This document shows, one piece after another, positions 37,531 to 49,789 of a stretch of 64,000 nt of DNA (the first letter of the stretch is position 1; each line of letters begins with the position of its first letter). Source of the stretch: Podarcis melisellensis (Eukaryota); assembly GCA_964234715.1 (NCBI GenBank), contig OZ174289.1. One strand, given 5' to 3'. A program made the translations under genes and the position numbers. The notes below the pieces were generated by a model. That model did no database searches and had not been told where the DNA came from. It worked only from the letters and a program-made list of their open reading frames with translations.

Positions 37531-37652
37531 TTTTAATGACTGGTGTTTTAATGTATTTTTAATTTCCTATTGGAAGCCGCCCAGAGTGGCTGGGAAAACT
37601 CAGCCAGATGGGTGGGTTATAAGTAATAAATTATTATTATTATTATTATTAT
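37530..37652 (+). mobile_element. L2-type LINE 3' tail ending in (ATT)n
   Basis: GGAAGCCGCCCAGAGTGGCTGGG...CAGATGGGTGGGTTATAAGTAATAAA then ~8 ATT units; the same motif occurs inverted at ~40065-40150. Confidence 0.75.
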
Positions 37653-40000
37653 TACTCCTGGGTTATTTTTATGCAGGAGTTGGGTGAGATTTTGATCTGT
37701 GGCCTGGGACTACTGGGAAAGAAGGAGTTGGCAACAGCAACCAGAACGGAATCTTACTTTTGACAATATGTGCAGCACACAACCTTTTTATTACCAACAC
37801 ACTCTTTCAACAGAAAAATAAATTTAGAACTTCATGGAGGCATCCTTGGTCAAACCACTGGCACCTCTAAGACTATGTTATTGTCCGTGCTAAAGATCAA
37901 CGTAATGTGCTCCTTGCCAGAGCTATGACAAGCGCCGATGACTGCTGGACTAATCTTACTCAGCTACGAGTGATCGCCAAAGAAGAAGACCCACAATCTT
38001 TCATCACGCAATGGTTCCAGTCTTTTCAAACCTTCCTTTGATTAAGGAGGCTTGACAAAGGAGTCATTATGAGTGAATATCATGTTAGTGTGCGTTCTGA
38101 ATTGCACTATTTTGCCATTGAAGTGGATCAACTATGTAACAAGTTTCCACTATGCCTCTCTGCTTGTAGGGTCTATTGCATGCTGCATGTGGAATTCCTA
38201 TAGGCATATTGTTGGCCACTGTGAGAACACAATGCTGGAATTAAAGCAGTCTTTGGGCTGCTTTAATTTTACTCTATTGAGTTTGGAATGCTTGACAGAG
38301 GAATCTCTACTGACCAAAGGCGAAATTGCGTCACATTTTGCTCTTAATTGCTGCTTCCCTGACAACGAAACCTATGAGAGTAAGCCAATTAATTTCTCCT
38401 CCCTGCTAATCTCTGATTTTTGTACACCTCCATAAAAAATATGTTTCCCTACTTTCACACAGGCAGACAGAGCTAGAAATATATATTTATATCCTGGAAG
38501 TGACACTCTGAACCTGAAGTGTCAAGATTCCTTTTCTTATTTTAACTCCAATTTTTAATTTTGATTAGATATTTTCTATGGGATGGCAGGGTGACCTCAA
38601 ATTATTCTGTATCAACCTTGTAAGCAAGCTGAGAAAAAATTGCTATGCCGAAAATGTTTACCTGCCTGCTCAGAGTGTACTAGCTTGCGTTTTTATTCTG
38701 GCAGTGAGCAGGCCATTTTCTTATTTAGATAAGTCCAAAAATGGTAAAGGAAATAGAAGAAATAGCACTGTAGGATTCTTTCAGAGTCCCACATCTATCC
38801 ATATTTAATTTGGTTAGTTCCCTTACGAAGGAAGTCTGGAACCCTTGTCATCCTCAAAACCCCTGGCAAACACAGACAATATGACCAAGGTTAAACTCTT
38901 CACCTCCTCCAACCAATTAAGTCCTTATGTACAGCACTGTAATTTCATTCCTCAAAGCTTTGCCTATTATCTGATCCCCTCCTTGCTGTCTCCCGCACGC
39001 CTTATTCTGTTATCATTCTGCCTGGAACAAACACGGCTGTTCCTGTCTACCTGTCTCATTATATGATAGTATAAGAAGCACAGGCTTCCACCAACCCCTC
39101 TTGTTGCCACCTGATTCCAGCTTCTGGTCCACGGTGCTTACTTTTGACAAGTGAGTTGGTAGGGAGAAATTTCTCTATTTCCCCTCCCACTTCCATCCTT
39201 CTGCTATATTTTCAGGCCAGTCATTGAGGAGGAGGCTTTCCTCGATATCTCTTCAAACAAGTGGGGTGGTAGAAGAGTTAGGAGTGAGCCACCCTTTCGC
39301 CTTCTGCCTACCCATGGTTTTAAAAAAACATACCTCCAAATCTGTACATTCATGCTTACCTGCTTGGCTAAATAAATGAACCATTTACAAAATTCTAGCT
39401 CAAGCCAATTGTCAAAGTACTACATATTTGCTATCAGATATTGTCACATGTTGGTCACTGCTGAGTATCAGCTGCCAAATACTGTCACCGCTCATATCAT
39501 ATACCATTAGATTTAGAGCTCTGATAAAATCTTTGAATGCCAAATGCTGGCCATGATGAGCAGAAGTTTGGAGAATATTCTCCAGTGAGTCATATAATGG
39601 GAGAATATTTAATTGTCTATTTGGAGGGGAAGAACAAATGTGTTTGGTCTAGGAACAAAATGAAAAATACATATTTAGTTGAGGCAGTATCCAGTTCAGC
39701 GCAAGAGTTTCTTTTTCATCATCTACCCCCCAGAGTTCCCAAATCTCTTCCAGAAGGTTGGGAAAACCTCTAGAACAGATTTAAGGGGTGCATGGGGGCA
39801 AAGGACAAAATCCTATTGCACAAACACAAATCCTTGCACATACCCAGCTACAGTGGCCTCTATGGTATTTGTGAAGTACAGGAGGTGACCATTTTGAACA
39901 TGCAACCGCTGACCTGCAGGTCTTTTTGGACCCGGATGAAGGTAGAATGGGGGTGAAACAGGGATGGAGGGAAATGGGGAGTAAAAGGGAGGGGCAAGAT

Positions 40001-40762
40001 CATACCCTCCAACATTTCTTCGATGAAAATAGGGACGTCCTATTCCATAACGATAATTTTACTATATATACCCTACACATCTTACTAGGTTGCCCAGCCA
40101 CTCTGGGCAGCTTCCAACATAGTATATAAAAACATAATAAAACATTAAACATTTTTTAAAAAACAAAACCAAAACAAAAACCCTTTCTTTTACTGGATTG
40201 CATTTAGACAGCTTGGGTGTCGGATAACTCCATACTCTCCAACATTTCTCCAATGAAAATAGGGATGTCCTAAGGAAAAGTGGTGGGACGCGGGTGGCAC
40301 TGTGGTCTAAACCACTGAGCCTCTTGGGCTTGCCAATCAAAAGGTCGGCAGTTTGAATCCCCGTGATGGGGTGAGCTCCTGTTGCTCGGTCCCAGCTCCT
40401 GCCAACCTAGCAGTTCGAAAGCACGCCAAAAAGTGCAAGTAGATAAATAGGTACTGCTCCAGCAGGAAGGTAAACGGCATTTCCATGCACTGCTCTGGTT
40501 TTGGTGTTCTGTTGCGCCTGAAGCGGCTTAGTCGTGCTGGCCACATTACCTGGAAAAACTTTCTGCGGAGAAATGCTGGCTCCCTTGGCCTGTAAAGTGA
40601 GATGAGCGCCGCAACCCCAGAGTTGTCTGTGACTGGACTTAACTGTCAGGCGCCCTTTACCTTTTTAAGGAAAAGTGAGACATTCCAAGACCAAATCAGA
40701 AACTGGGATGGCTTTTCTCAATCAGGGACATCCCTGGAAAATAGGGACACTTGGAGAGCCTG
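40001..40762 (+). mobile_element. Composite TIR element with duplicated left end, captured L2 tail and nested Sauria SINE
   Basis: CATAC(C/T)CTCCAACATTTCT...ATGAAAATAGGGA.GTCCTA occurs at 40001 and 40231; right end CACTTGGAGAGCCTG; inverted partial copy at 45445-45605. Confidence 0.7.
40283..40665 (+). mobile_element. Sauria SINE, full length
   Basis: GGGACGCGGGTGGCACTGTGGTCTAAACC head and CCTTTACCTTT tail; 12-bp TSD TAAGGAAAAGTG at 40271-40282 and 40666-40677. Confidence 0.92.
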
Positions 40763-41807
40763 CAAGCTTCTGCACGTTCCACTGATATGCATGGGGGGGC
40801 GGAGTTAGGAACGGAACTCCTGTGCAAAATGGTCTTTGCCTGTACTTCATTGGTACCCCTTGCAGGGACCCTAGGCTCTGAGCTTTAACTTTTGTTTAGA
40901 AAGTCTCTAGCCCACCTAGAAAGAGAGCTGTGGAGCAAAATGTGTCAGTACCTCTGAAATGTTCCAGGATGGTTTTAATCATTGAGTAAAGTCAGAGCTG
41001 TCATTGATAAGTGAGCCGGGATTCTAAATACCTGCTTCCTCCCTCTCATTTTCCTTCTTCTTTCTTCTTTCCCAGTCCTTGGATCCACTTGCTTGCTGCT
41101 CTAATTGTATCTTGCTGTTAACCAAACCCATGGCACAACTGGCAGGTAGTTACTTCAGAAGGTTTTATTAAGATGTGTGTGAGTTTAGGTGGTGGGAGGA
41201 ACACGTTTTGCTGCCTGCAGGCCACATGTCACAGTTGGCAGACAGATACTTTTCAGACATAAACATTTCGAAAAGGTAGGCTGGGGTAAAAAATGCAGGA
41301 ATTATTGCTGTGTTTGTTCCTGCTGGCATGTGGATCAGCCTGCTACTTGAGACAAGCTTCAAGTTGAATATGGCTTGAGGTCCTCTTAGTTGTTTCTGAT
41401 GGATGTCCTACAGCATTAATTGTTCCAGAAACCCAGGGCAGAGGCATCATAATAATTATGGCAATAATAATGATCAGTTTTTTCTTGGTTGCTCCCAAAC
41501 TTTTGTTTTGTCTTGTTTTGTTTGGTGGGGAGAGGGAGAGGACCTAGTGCAGAGATATCATTATTATTACCACTTTTCCCTTGCTTGGTTCCAAATTGCT
41601 CAGGGAAAGGATAGTGTAGAGGCATTATCATCATTCTTAGTATCACATTTTTCCTTATTGTTCCAAAGTTTTTTTGGGGGGGTGGGGACACATTTCAAAG
41701 GCACCATCACCATCTACTCCCCCCCCCAACCTGGTCAACGAAAGGGAGGTTCTGGGGAGTTTTCTGGGAAGGGAAGAGTGCCATGCAAAGGCAGAAACAT
41801 TATTGCG

Positions 41808-42593
41808 TGTTCAGACCCAGAAACCTACCCCCTAAATAAATTCACACATGACTCAAATTTTGGTTTTGGTTTTTGGCAGAATTTTGGCCACAACTTTATT
41901 GATTACAAAAAGTGACTGGTTGCATAGGCTCTGGTTCGACTAGCTCTCTGCCATGCAGGTAGCGCTGACCTAGGGTTCCAGCATAGGTCAGCCACTTGGA
42001 TAAGCAGAAATCCGGGAACGGGCTATCTCCGACACCCAAATGTCCCCCTGGACTCAGGCACGGGCACAACCCCCTCTCAGGGGTTGACCAAGCCATCAAG
42101 TCCCTGGATTCCTTTAACAGAATACCCTTCACATAGGGATGGCGAGAGCATTCCCCCATCCCATTGCCTGAACCAGAGCCTATCCGCAACCTTACAAGTT
42201 GTGACGATTTGCTACGCGGCAGGTGAAACCCAAATGGCAACAGCCAATCAGCCAAGTGGGGAAAATTCCTGCCATGCCCCTTTCCCAACGACACATGACA
42301 CACAACGGCATAGCAAGATCAAGCGCAAAGCCCTAAAGTAGGGAGAGGTGGGTGGGTGTTCCGAATGCACGCACCAAAAGAGGAAGCTATGGGTCACATG
42401 CATGGGCATAAATAGGTCCTTCAAACCGTTTGGTCTGCATCCCGTTGGCCAGATTGCACCCAGCTATGAGGGACCTACCAATCAGGTGTTGTGGCTGACC
42501 AATTTTACCCACCCACAACACAGGGTGTCGGTTTTCAGGTCTCACCGCAATACATGCCCTCTTTAAGGGAGGACCCGATTTATCATCATCTCA
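41808..42593 (-). mobile_element. LTR-like element, family B, copy 2
   Basis: Collinear with 29094-30067 but lacks the MITE; possible 5-bp TSD TTGCG/TTGTG (CpG decay). Confidence 0.7.
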
Positions 42594-43834
42594 TTGTGCA
42601 CCCCTAATTTTCATAAGCTTGCAGATGAGAATCAGCCTCAAACATCACACTAACTTGAGCCAATATTTTTCAACTATTACTTGGGTGAGTTTTTAATATA
42701 TTTTCTGTGTGTTTAGCTTGTGTTTTTATTCTGTAAAGATCGCATGTGAGTGTGTGTGGAGCAAGGAGAATATTTGCCTGCCAGCCCTGTCTTTTTATTT
42801 CTTTCTATATAGGTGCATGTATGGCTGGCTGTCATAATTCAAAATAATTCCTGCATTCAGATATCTTTTATTGACTAGCTGTAATCTTCAGCAGAACAAG
42901 AGGCAACAGGCAGCAAAACAACTAAGTGCCTGGAAAAGAAGAAAGCTTTTCAAACATTTTTTTGTTAGCAAAGCAACAATGATGATGATGATTTGATGAT
43001 GATTTGAAGAGTCTCCCCATCTTAGCTCTATTAAATTAAAAGGATCTTCTTGAAGCGAAACTTAATTGAATACTACCTTACATCCCATTTTCTGCAGTAG
43101 AACTCAAGGTGGCATTCTGCCTTCCAGAAGACTGAGCATTTCCAGACATTCTTAATTCCAGCAAGTTATGCCTTCAAACCACGTCAAACAAAGCAGCTCT
43201 TTAAGTTCCTGCTAGGATGATGAGGGGAGGACACTGAGGACTTGTGTGTTAGTCAATACCAGTTACATAAAACATTGTTTTCTCATGCTACAGGCAGTAA
43301 TGGGGGGGGGGGCTGATTCTGTGATTTAATGCAGCATATGCAGGTAGAGATAAGAGATCCTGTTTCTTTAACACTTCATCATATTATGACATTTTAATTT
43401 CCAGGTGAATATGATTAATACCCCTGGAGAAATAATTTATCATCAATACTAATTCAAATGGCAGAGGGTCTCTAAAAATCAGCTGGTGGTAATACTGATA
43501 TCCTGCTGGTATTTTTGCTTTGCTTTGATAAATTAACACCGTATCTCATTAATAGTAAATTAATTTTTCATTGTACTAACAAAGTCCTTGGTTTCAGGGG
43601 TGGAGGGGGGATGAATATGTCTCCTAGTGCCAAATGATATTCTTTTCATCACAAGTTGAAAATATCACTGTGCAATTCTATGCAGTTCTGTGAGTTGCTG
43701 CTTTTTAGTAACATAGTTTTTATTCGCTGTTGTCTTTATACTGTTCAACTTGGTTGCAACAAGATACATTTTTGTTTACACTATTGCATATGAGCCACAG
43801 TTACATAAAATTAAAATTAGAAACAATAAACACT

Positions 43835-44305
43835 CAGAATTTGCTGAGACGTCCACTCCTGAGAAGATTGGCAGCTGTCTTGAATGTTTTCAACTTTTAA
43901 ACAATCTTTCTCATTGTAGAATGATAGACTTTACATTGGTTGGAGATGACCTTATAATCCTTCCCAGTTGCATGGGCACTTGCTTCTCTAAGAGCATCGT
44001 GTGGTCTTTCCTCCTTGACGTTGTGATAAAACATACCTGAATGCTCCAGACCAGCAAACTGCTAAAACTTCAGCTTTTATACAGGTGGGCACACTTGCTG
44101 ATGATCAATTAAGCAAGAGCATTTGATTAGAAGTCCCTGTCTGCTACTTAGCCTCTTAATTCCAGTAAGGGTGTACTTTGTTTTTCACACATGATTTCTC
44201 CATTTTGGCTTTATTTCTGTTAAATAAATCATCTGAGGTTGTATTTACCTAATTTTAAGACCTGCTAAGGAACAAATTATTCCTATTATGTCCTGATATG
44301 TAAAG
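43835..44305 (-). mobile_element. Decayed Tc1-family transposon, 5' part with transposase N-terminus
   Basis: Minus strand translates LREA.AHATGKDYKVISNQCKVYHSTMRKIV*KLKTFKTAANLLRSGRLSKF, a paired-like HTH plus GRP-type linker, followed by upstream non-coding/TIR-like sequence. Confidence 0.8.
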
Positions 44306-44862
44306 CCAAGCAGCAGCCCCAAGCAAAAGAAGGCCAATCAATTTATTTATTTATTACTTCCAATTTTTGAAAATCTAGCTTAAGTCCAGTTACATTTTAT
44401 AAAAAGGTATCCCATTCTATAACCAGTAACCTTCCAGCATTAACCAGTTCTGATAAAACAATATTTTCAGCAAAAAGTGCCAGAATATATTTGGCATAAT
44501 CTAATTGTCTTTCCACAACAACATGTCACATTGAACTATCAATATTTACTTTGTAAGCATAAATAGTGCTAGTTTAATAAATTTGCTTTGTGTGGTGTAT
44601 TTGGAAGTTTCCATAATTTGGAGCATGCTGGGGAAGAAAAAAGAAATTGGATTGAAGCATTGAAAAACTGGAGCAAGGAGAGAGATAGTACATATTGCCA
44701 AGGTATATCAGCACAAGGAACATTAAAAACAGCCAGGGAACAACAGAGTGGAATGAAAATGCTACATCCTAGGGTTACTGAAATCCTCACATAGAGGTGA
44801 TCTGACACATTACCAATTATTTGCTATTTTAATTGTGGTTTCTCAATGGGTTCTCAGGTGGA

Positions 44863-45030
44863 AGGGCCACAGCTCTGTGTTAGATCATCTGCAAGCATGA
44901 GGTCCAAGATTCAATCCCCACATTTCTGTGTATGATTGGGAATGTCCCCTTTCTGATACCCCGGAGATCCATTGCCAGGCCACCTGCAGACAGTACTAAA
45001 CTAGATAAACCAATTGGCGTGACATGGTAT
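44863..45030 (+). mobile_element. Decayed tRNA-derived SINE
   Basis: GGGCCACAGCTCTGTGTTAGA head, B-box-like GATTCAATCCC, tail AGACAGTACTAAACTAGATAAACCAAT. Confidence 0.55.
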
Positions 45031-45444
45031 GAATGCCACTGTATTTTCTAAAACAACAACATTATTAAAGATGTTTTGGTTTACAAAAGTATGTGCAATG
45101 TCTCTTTTTTCAAGTTACATTTTCTACAGATCAGTTTCATTTGTTGAGACATTAGTTTTGACTCCTTATTACAAAAAGAAACATTGTACAAAATAATGTT
45201 TGCATTATGTAAGAACAGAGTAGAAAGTTTTAAAAATGGCATTGAGCCCACGGGGGAACCATTGGATCCCAACTTCCATTACCCCCAGCCAGCATTATTA
45301 TTATTGATATTATTAATTGATTGAATAATTAATTGCCCACCCTTCATCCTAAGGTTCCAGGGTAGGTTGCCCTACTGAATTGCAGTATTAAGAAAAGTTT
45401 GGAAAAGCTTACAATCACAAAAAATAAGGTGGATTCTAAAAATA

Positions 45445-45605
45445 CAGACCCTCCCAGTGTCCCTATTTTCTGGGTGTGTCCCTGATTTAGAGAGGCTATC
45501 CCAGTTTCTGATTTGATCCTGGAATGTCCCACTTTTACTTAAGGTGTACCTATTTTCATTGGAGAATTGTTGGAGGGTATGGAGTTATCCAATCCCAGAA
45601 ACTGC
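45445..45605 (-). mobile_element. Partial copy of the composite TIR element at 40001-40762, without the SINE
   Basis: CAGACCCTCCCAGTGTCCCTATTTT...TGTTGGAGGGTATGGAGTTATCC. Confidence 0.7.
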
Positions 45606-45829
45606 ATTGGTCACCGTGTATGACAAGGAGAAAACGGCGGAAATGTGTCTCTTCTAATTTACTTCCACTTCTCAGTGGCTTTCAAAAATATTAACCATGG
45701 TATCTGGACCATTTGTCTAGGTTGGGGTTGGGTGGCACTGCTTTATGGTGTTTCCAGTCCTACTTGGATAGTCATTTCCAGAGAGTGATGCTTGAAGGAA
45801 TGCTTTCAGCTCTCTTCAGCCTTCAACAT

Positions 45830-46420
45830 GGGGTTCTCAGAGTTCGATTTCATCCTCCATGCAACCTCATCTGAAGACAGTTCAGAAACTTTAGCTGGTG
45901 GTGAATTCAGTGGCCAGGTTGCTCACCAAAAGAAGATGGTTTAAGAATGTAACACCAATCCTGCCCTGACTGTATTGGCTGCAAATTAGTTTCTGAACCC
46001 AATTCAAAGTGCTGGTTTTTATTTATAAAGGTTAAAATGGCTCAGGACCTCAACACCTCAAATATAGCCTCTCACCATATGAACGGACCTGGGCCCTGTG
46101 GTCATGATCTGAGGCCCTTTTTCGTATGCCTCCTCCAGGAAAGGTCTGGAGGGCAGCAACATGAGAATGGACCTTTTCTGTGGTGGTTCCCCATTTGTGG
46201 AATGCTTTCCCCAGGAAAGCTTGCCTGGCACCTTTATCGCATATCTTTAGGTACCAGGCAAAAACATTCCTCTTCTCCCAGGCCTTTGGCTAATTAAGCA
46301 ATCTGTGTTTTTTAAAACCAGGAGAGTATTGTTTTTGTCTGTTATTATGCAATGTATTTTTGTGTTTTTATATTCTAAACCAACCTGTAATCCTTGTTTG
46401 AAGGGCAGCATGGGCATTCA
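45830..46420 (+). mobile_element. L2 LINE 3' portion, decayed
   Basis: TCAGAAACTTTAGCTGGTG..., AATTCAAAGTGCTGGTTTT, CCTTTTCTGTGGTGG..., CCCAGGCCTTTGG, tail stem-loop. Confidence 0.75.
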
Positions 46421-46464
46421 CTAACTAAATAACTAAATAAAACAAACAAAGTATATAACACCTA

Positions 46465-46570
46465 AATAGAATCCCAGACAGAAATCTGGCTGCTCCATTT
46501 TTGACCACTTGCAGTTTCTGTGTCATCTTCAACAGCAGCCTCATGCAGATTGCATTGCACAAATCTAACA
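46465..46570 (-). mobile_element. L2 ORF2 fragment in inverted orientation
   Basis: LDLCNAICMRLLLKMTQKLQVVKNGAARFLSG resembles the L2 motif RLDYCNALY.GLP.K...KLQLVQNAAARLL. Confidence 0.7.
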
Positions 46571-49500
46571 GTCGGGGCCAATGGGATTCGTTGTCCAAAA
46601 ACATCTGGAGGGCCATGTGCTCCTTGTTCCTTTGCTATGGAGAACTGCACTGAGGTGAGCAAATGGTAGTTTTAGGAGGTGCAAACTCTGGTAACTGGTA
46701 TGCAGTGATTGCAACCTCCATCCTGTTTCCAAAATGCTGGTGGCTGATTAGTAGGGTCTTCTGGCTTGCTAAATTTGCCTCTGGAGCCCTCTCTCCATAG
46801 CACAGTGTATGCCTCAAAGAACGTAACTGCAATTCTCTACAGGTGTGGGTCAGAGGAGAAACAGCAGCCAAGAGCCGAAGGTTGGAGTGCCGCTACAGCA
46901 AAGTTGTTAAGCCAAGGAGGAGTTGTTGGCACCACATATTCATAGGGCAATGAAATTCTGGCATTTAATCAGTAACTGCTGTAACCTTGCATGCAACAAT
47001 CCTGCGAAATGTGTTTTTTTTTTTTTTACATGGCAGACCTTGAGCTTTGTATGCTCAGCGAGAAAATGTTCTTCTGTATTGTTAAGAAACATTCGTGCTT
47101 TCTTATAAAATACTTCATTGTCTGGAGACACTGAACATCTTTCCTAACAAAGGAAGAATGATGCTCTTTGAGATCTTTGTAAATGAATGTTCTGTGGATG
47201 TTAACATTCTATGCAATTTCCATCATTGTTGGTAGACAAGTGTTTATGTACAGACAGACTGTTATATAAAAAGGGGATAATCATAAGTTAACCTTAAATT
47301 TTTGGTGAGCTAACTACACCTGTTTAAAATTAAATTTCATTTAAACTCTCCTATATGATCATGTCTTTGCTTCTGTTTGATTCACATGGTCTTAAGAGGT
47401 CTGTTGCCCTGAGAACATTTAGATTTTTAAAAAATAAGAAATAGATGCTTAAAGTCCTTCTGAGAACATGCATACACACACCATGAGCAACTGCTATCTA
47501 TCATCTGACAAATGAGTAACAGAGCAGAATTGCATCTTGAAATTCATGTCTACAAGACTTGGAGACAATCCCCAACTTGGATTTCCTTAAAAAGGGATTG
47601 GACAAATTAATAGAGGATGAAACCATTGGTGGTTACAAGACAGGCTAGCTATATAAGACCTCTAGAATTTGATGCTAGAATTTGATGGCATTCACGCTTC
47701 TGAATGCCAATCACCAGGAAAAAAACCCACAGGAGAAAGCTCTTGCAACCCACTTTATGGGCTTCCCATAGGCATCTAATTAGCCACTGTGGGAAACAGG
47801 ATATAAGCAGAAGTAGATGGACCTTTTTACTGATCTGGCAGATATATTTGCTTATACTCATGGGTGAGTGAGAAAACTGCATGTGTGTACACCAGTGGGA
47901 AGAAGACTGGCTGTATGTGCATCCATGAATATAGCCCTCATTTGTTTGTAATTTTTCTGATAAAAATTAGATAATTTCTGCTACTCTGACCCTTATTTTA
48001 GGTTTATTTAAAATATTTGTATACAATTGTCATAGGTAATGATAAAATCACATTCTGAGGCAGGTGATATTGTTGTTACACACTAGGAGGCTGTGTAAAA
48101 AAACCGGAACAAGAACTCTAGAAGTTCATGTGACTTATTTCCAAGTAAACAAGCATATACTGTAATTGGAGTGGATGTTTCCAAGATCTAACTAATCAGA
48201 GAACAAGTGATCTACTCAGTGACAGTAGCATAACTGCTCAATAAGTGACTGGGGCAGTTCACATGAGTTCCCATCACTAGAAACAGGCCCCACCTGAATA
48301 AAAAATAATTGGGGGGGGGGACTTTCACCCAAAGCCTTATGCCTATCTAAACACAGATGGTAAAAATCAGACTAATTCACATCTCCTGGGAAAATCCAGA
48401 TCCAGATGTAATTATCCATTTGATTTCTTACTTCTCAAGTAAGAGAAGTAAGAGCATGTATAGGAACTAGCCATCTGCACCAAGATAAATTTTACATGCA
48501 TTGCTCCATCCAGTTTTCTCTCTAGCCCTGCCCAGCACTGACATGTGACCCCTGGAAGGTTACCCAGAAGGAAATGAGACCATTGAGCTGAAAAAGGTTC
48601 CCCGTTCTTGATGTCTTTCATGATAAAATACATACTCAATATGAATTTTCATCACAAATTAATTCAGAAATGGAACAAAATGATCCCATGAATGACCACA
48701 TAGAAACCTGACATGGACTGGAAATCTACCCATCACTAAGTGCAAGGTATCCCATTGTTCTGTCCCAGCTGGGTACACAAAAAACTATCCCACTCATATT
48801 TTAATTTTCCCAAGCATAGGCAAAAACTGTTGTGAGTGTATTCACAAATGTTTTGCCCTGGAAGTGCTGTTTTAATTGGACCAGCTTTTGATAAGAAAGT
48901 GTTATTTCAATCACCTGTGCACTCGCAAAAACAACAATCCAAGCGCCATACCAAAAACGCAAGTCTTCTTGTAACAATATCTAATATAATTATCTGTTTA
49001 ATTGGAAAAGGAGATAACAGCTAATGGCATTCTGAATTCAAGAAATGCCTGCATCAGATTTCTGGATCCTGATTAACCCAAGAAAACCCCATTTATACAC
49101 ACACATTTCCCTGTATTCTGAAAAAATAGTTAAAAGAATAACTGTTCCTTCCTTTCGAAATAATTTCATGGTGTTATATTTACATTTGGGGAAGTGGCGT
49201 GGGTCGCAACAAGACTGCAATGCCAACATGTGCTGTAAGCAACCTTTCTCTTTAGCAACTCCACATGGCTCCATGATGGACTGTTTTCTTTTCTTTTTAA
49301 AAAATGTATATAGTGGGAAGGATCAAGTCAATTGGATTTGAGATGTTTAATTAAGTCAGTTCCCAGACAAATGGACTTGATGATTGGCAGGTTAGTGTGG
49401 TGGAGTCCATAAGGAAAAGCAGCAATTAGAATGAATCTGCAGGCATCCTGTTAAGATCTTTTCAAGGTCAAGCCACTGAACTAATTTGGAAAAGAGCTAA

Positions 49501-49789
49501 CAGAATGCTGACAAGAATCGATAATCAAGTTTGCCACAGGATAGACAAATACAAAGCTTCCCTTACTATCCCAGCTGCCGACACCTTACCCATTCTTAGT
49601 TACTATTTTGCCCTATACCATTTCTAGCAGATATGTACTATGTGCTATATGTACAACACCTTGCACAACATCAACAGAGAGCCCCTTTCAAGTCTCAGAC
49701 TACAAAACCACGAAATTCATTGGGCTACCTTAGGTCATTTAAATCTTCCCAAAGATTTAAGTCTTGGGGAAGATACAAGGGGAGAGAGG

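Larger units (their letters stand above)
35458..37988 (+). mobile_element. RTE-clade LINE: intact 5' UTR, decayed APE endonuclease, RT domain absent, short 3' end; carries a 1.1-kb insertion
   Basis: 12-bp TSD ACCCACAATCTT at 35446-35457 and 37989-38000. BovB/RTE-like 5' end CCTTGTCATGGTGAGTGGGCTTGCATG. Endonuclease motifs LNFGTWNIQTL, HGVGFAIK and YAPTL (36116-36563), resuming as LLG.F.A.VG, TNTLFQ, HP.S.HWHL.DYV and DCWT (37653-37955). (GAA)n tail. Confidence 0.9.

Noticed and set aside
39121-39150. 30-nt exon (CAG|...|GTGAGT)
   Set aside because: Moderate splice signals, unrecognisable peptide; such matches are common by chance.
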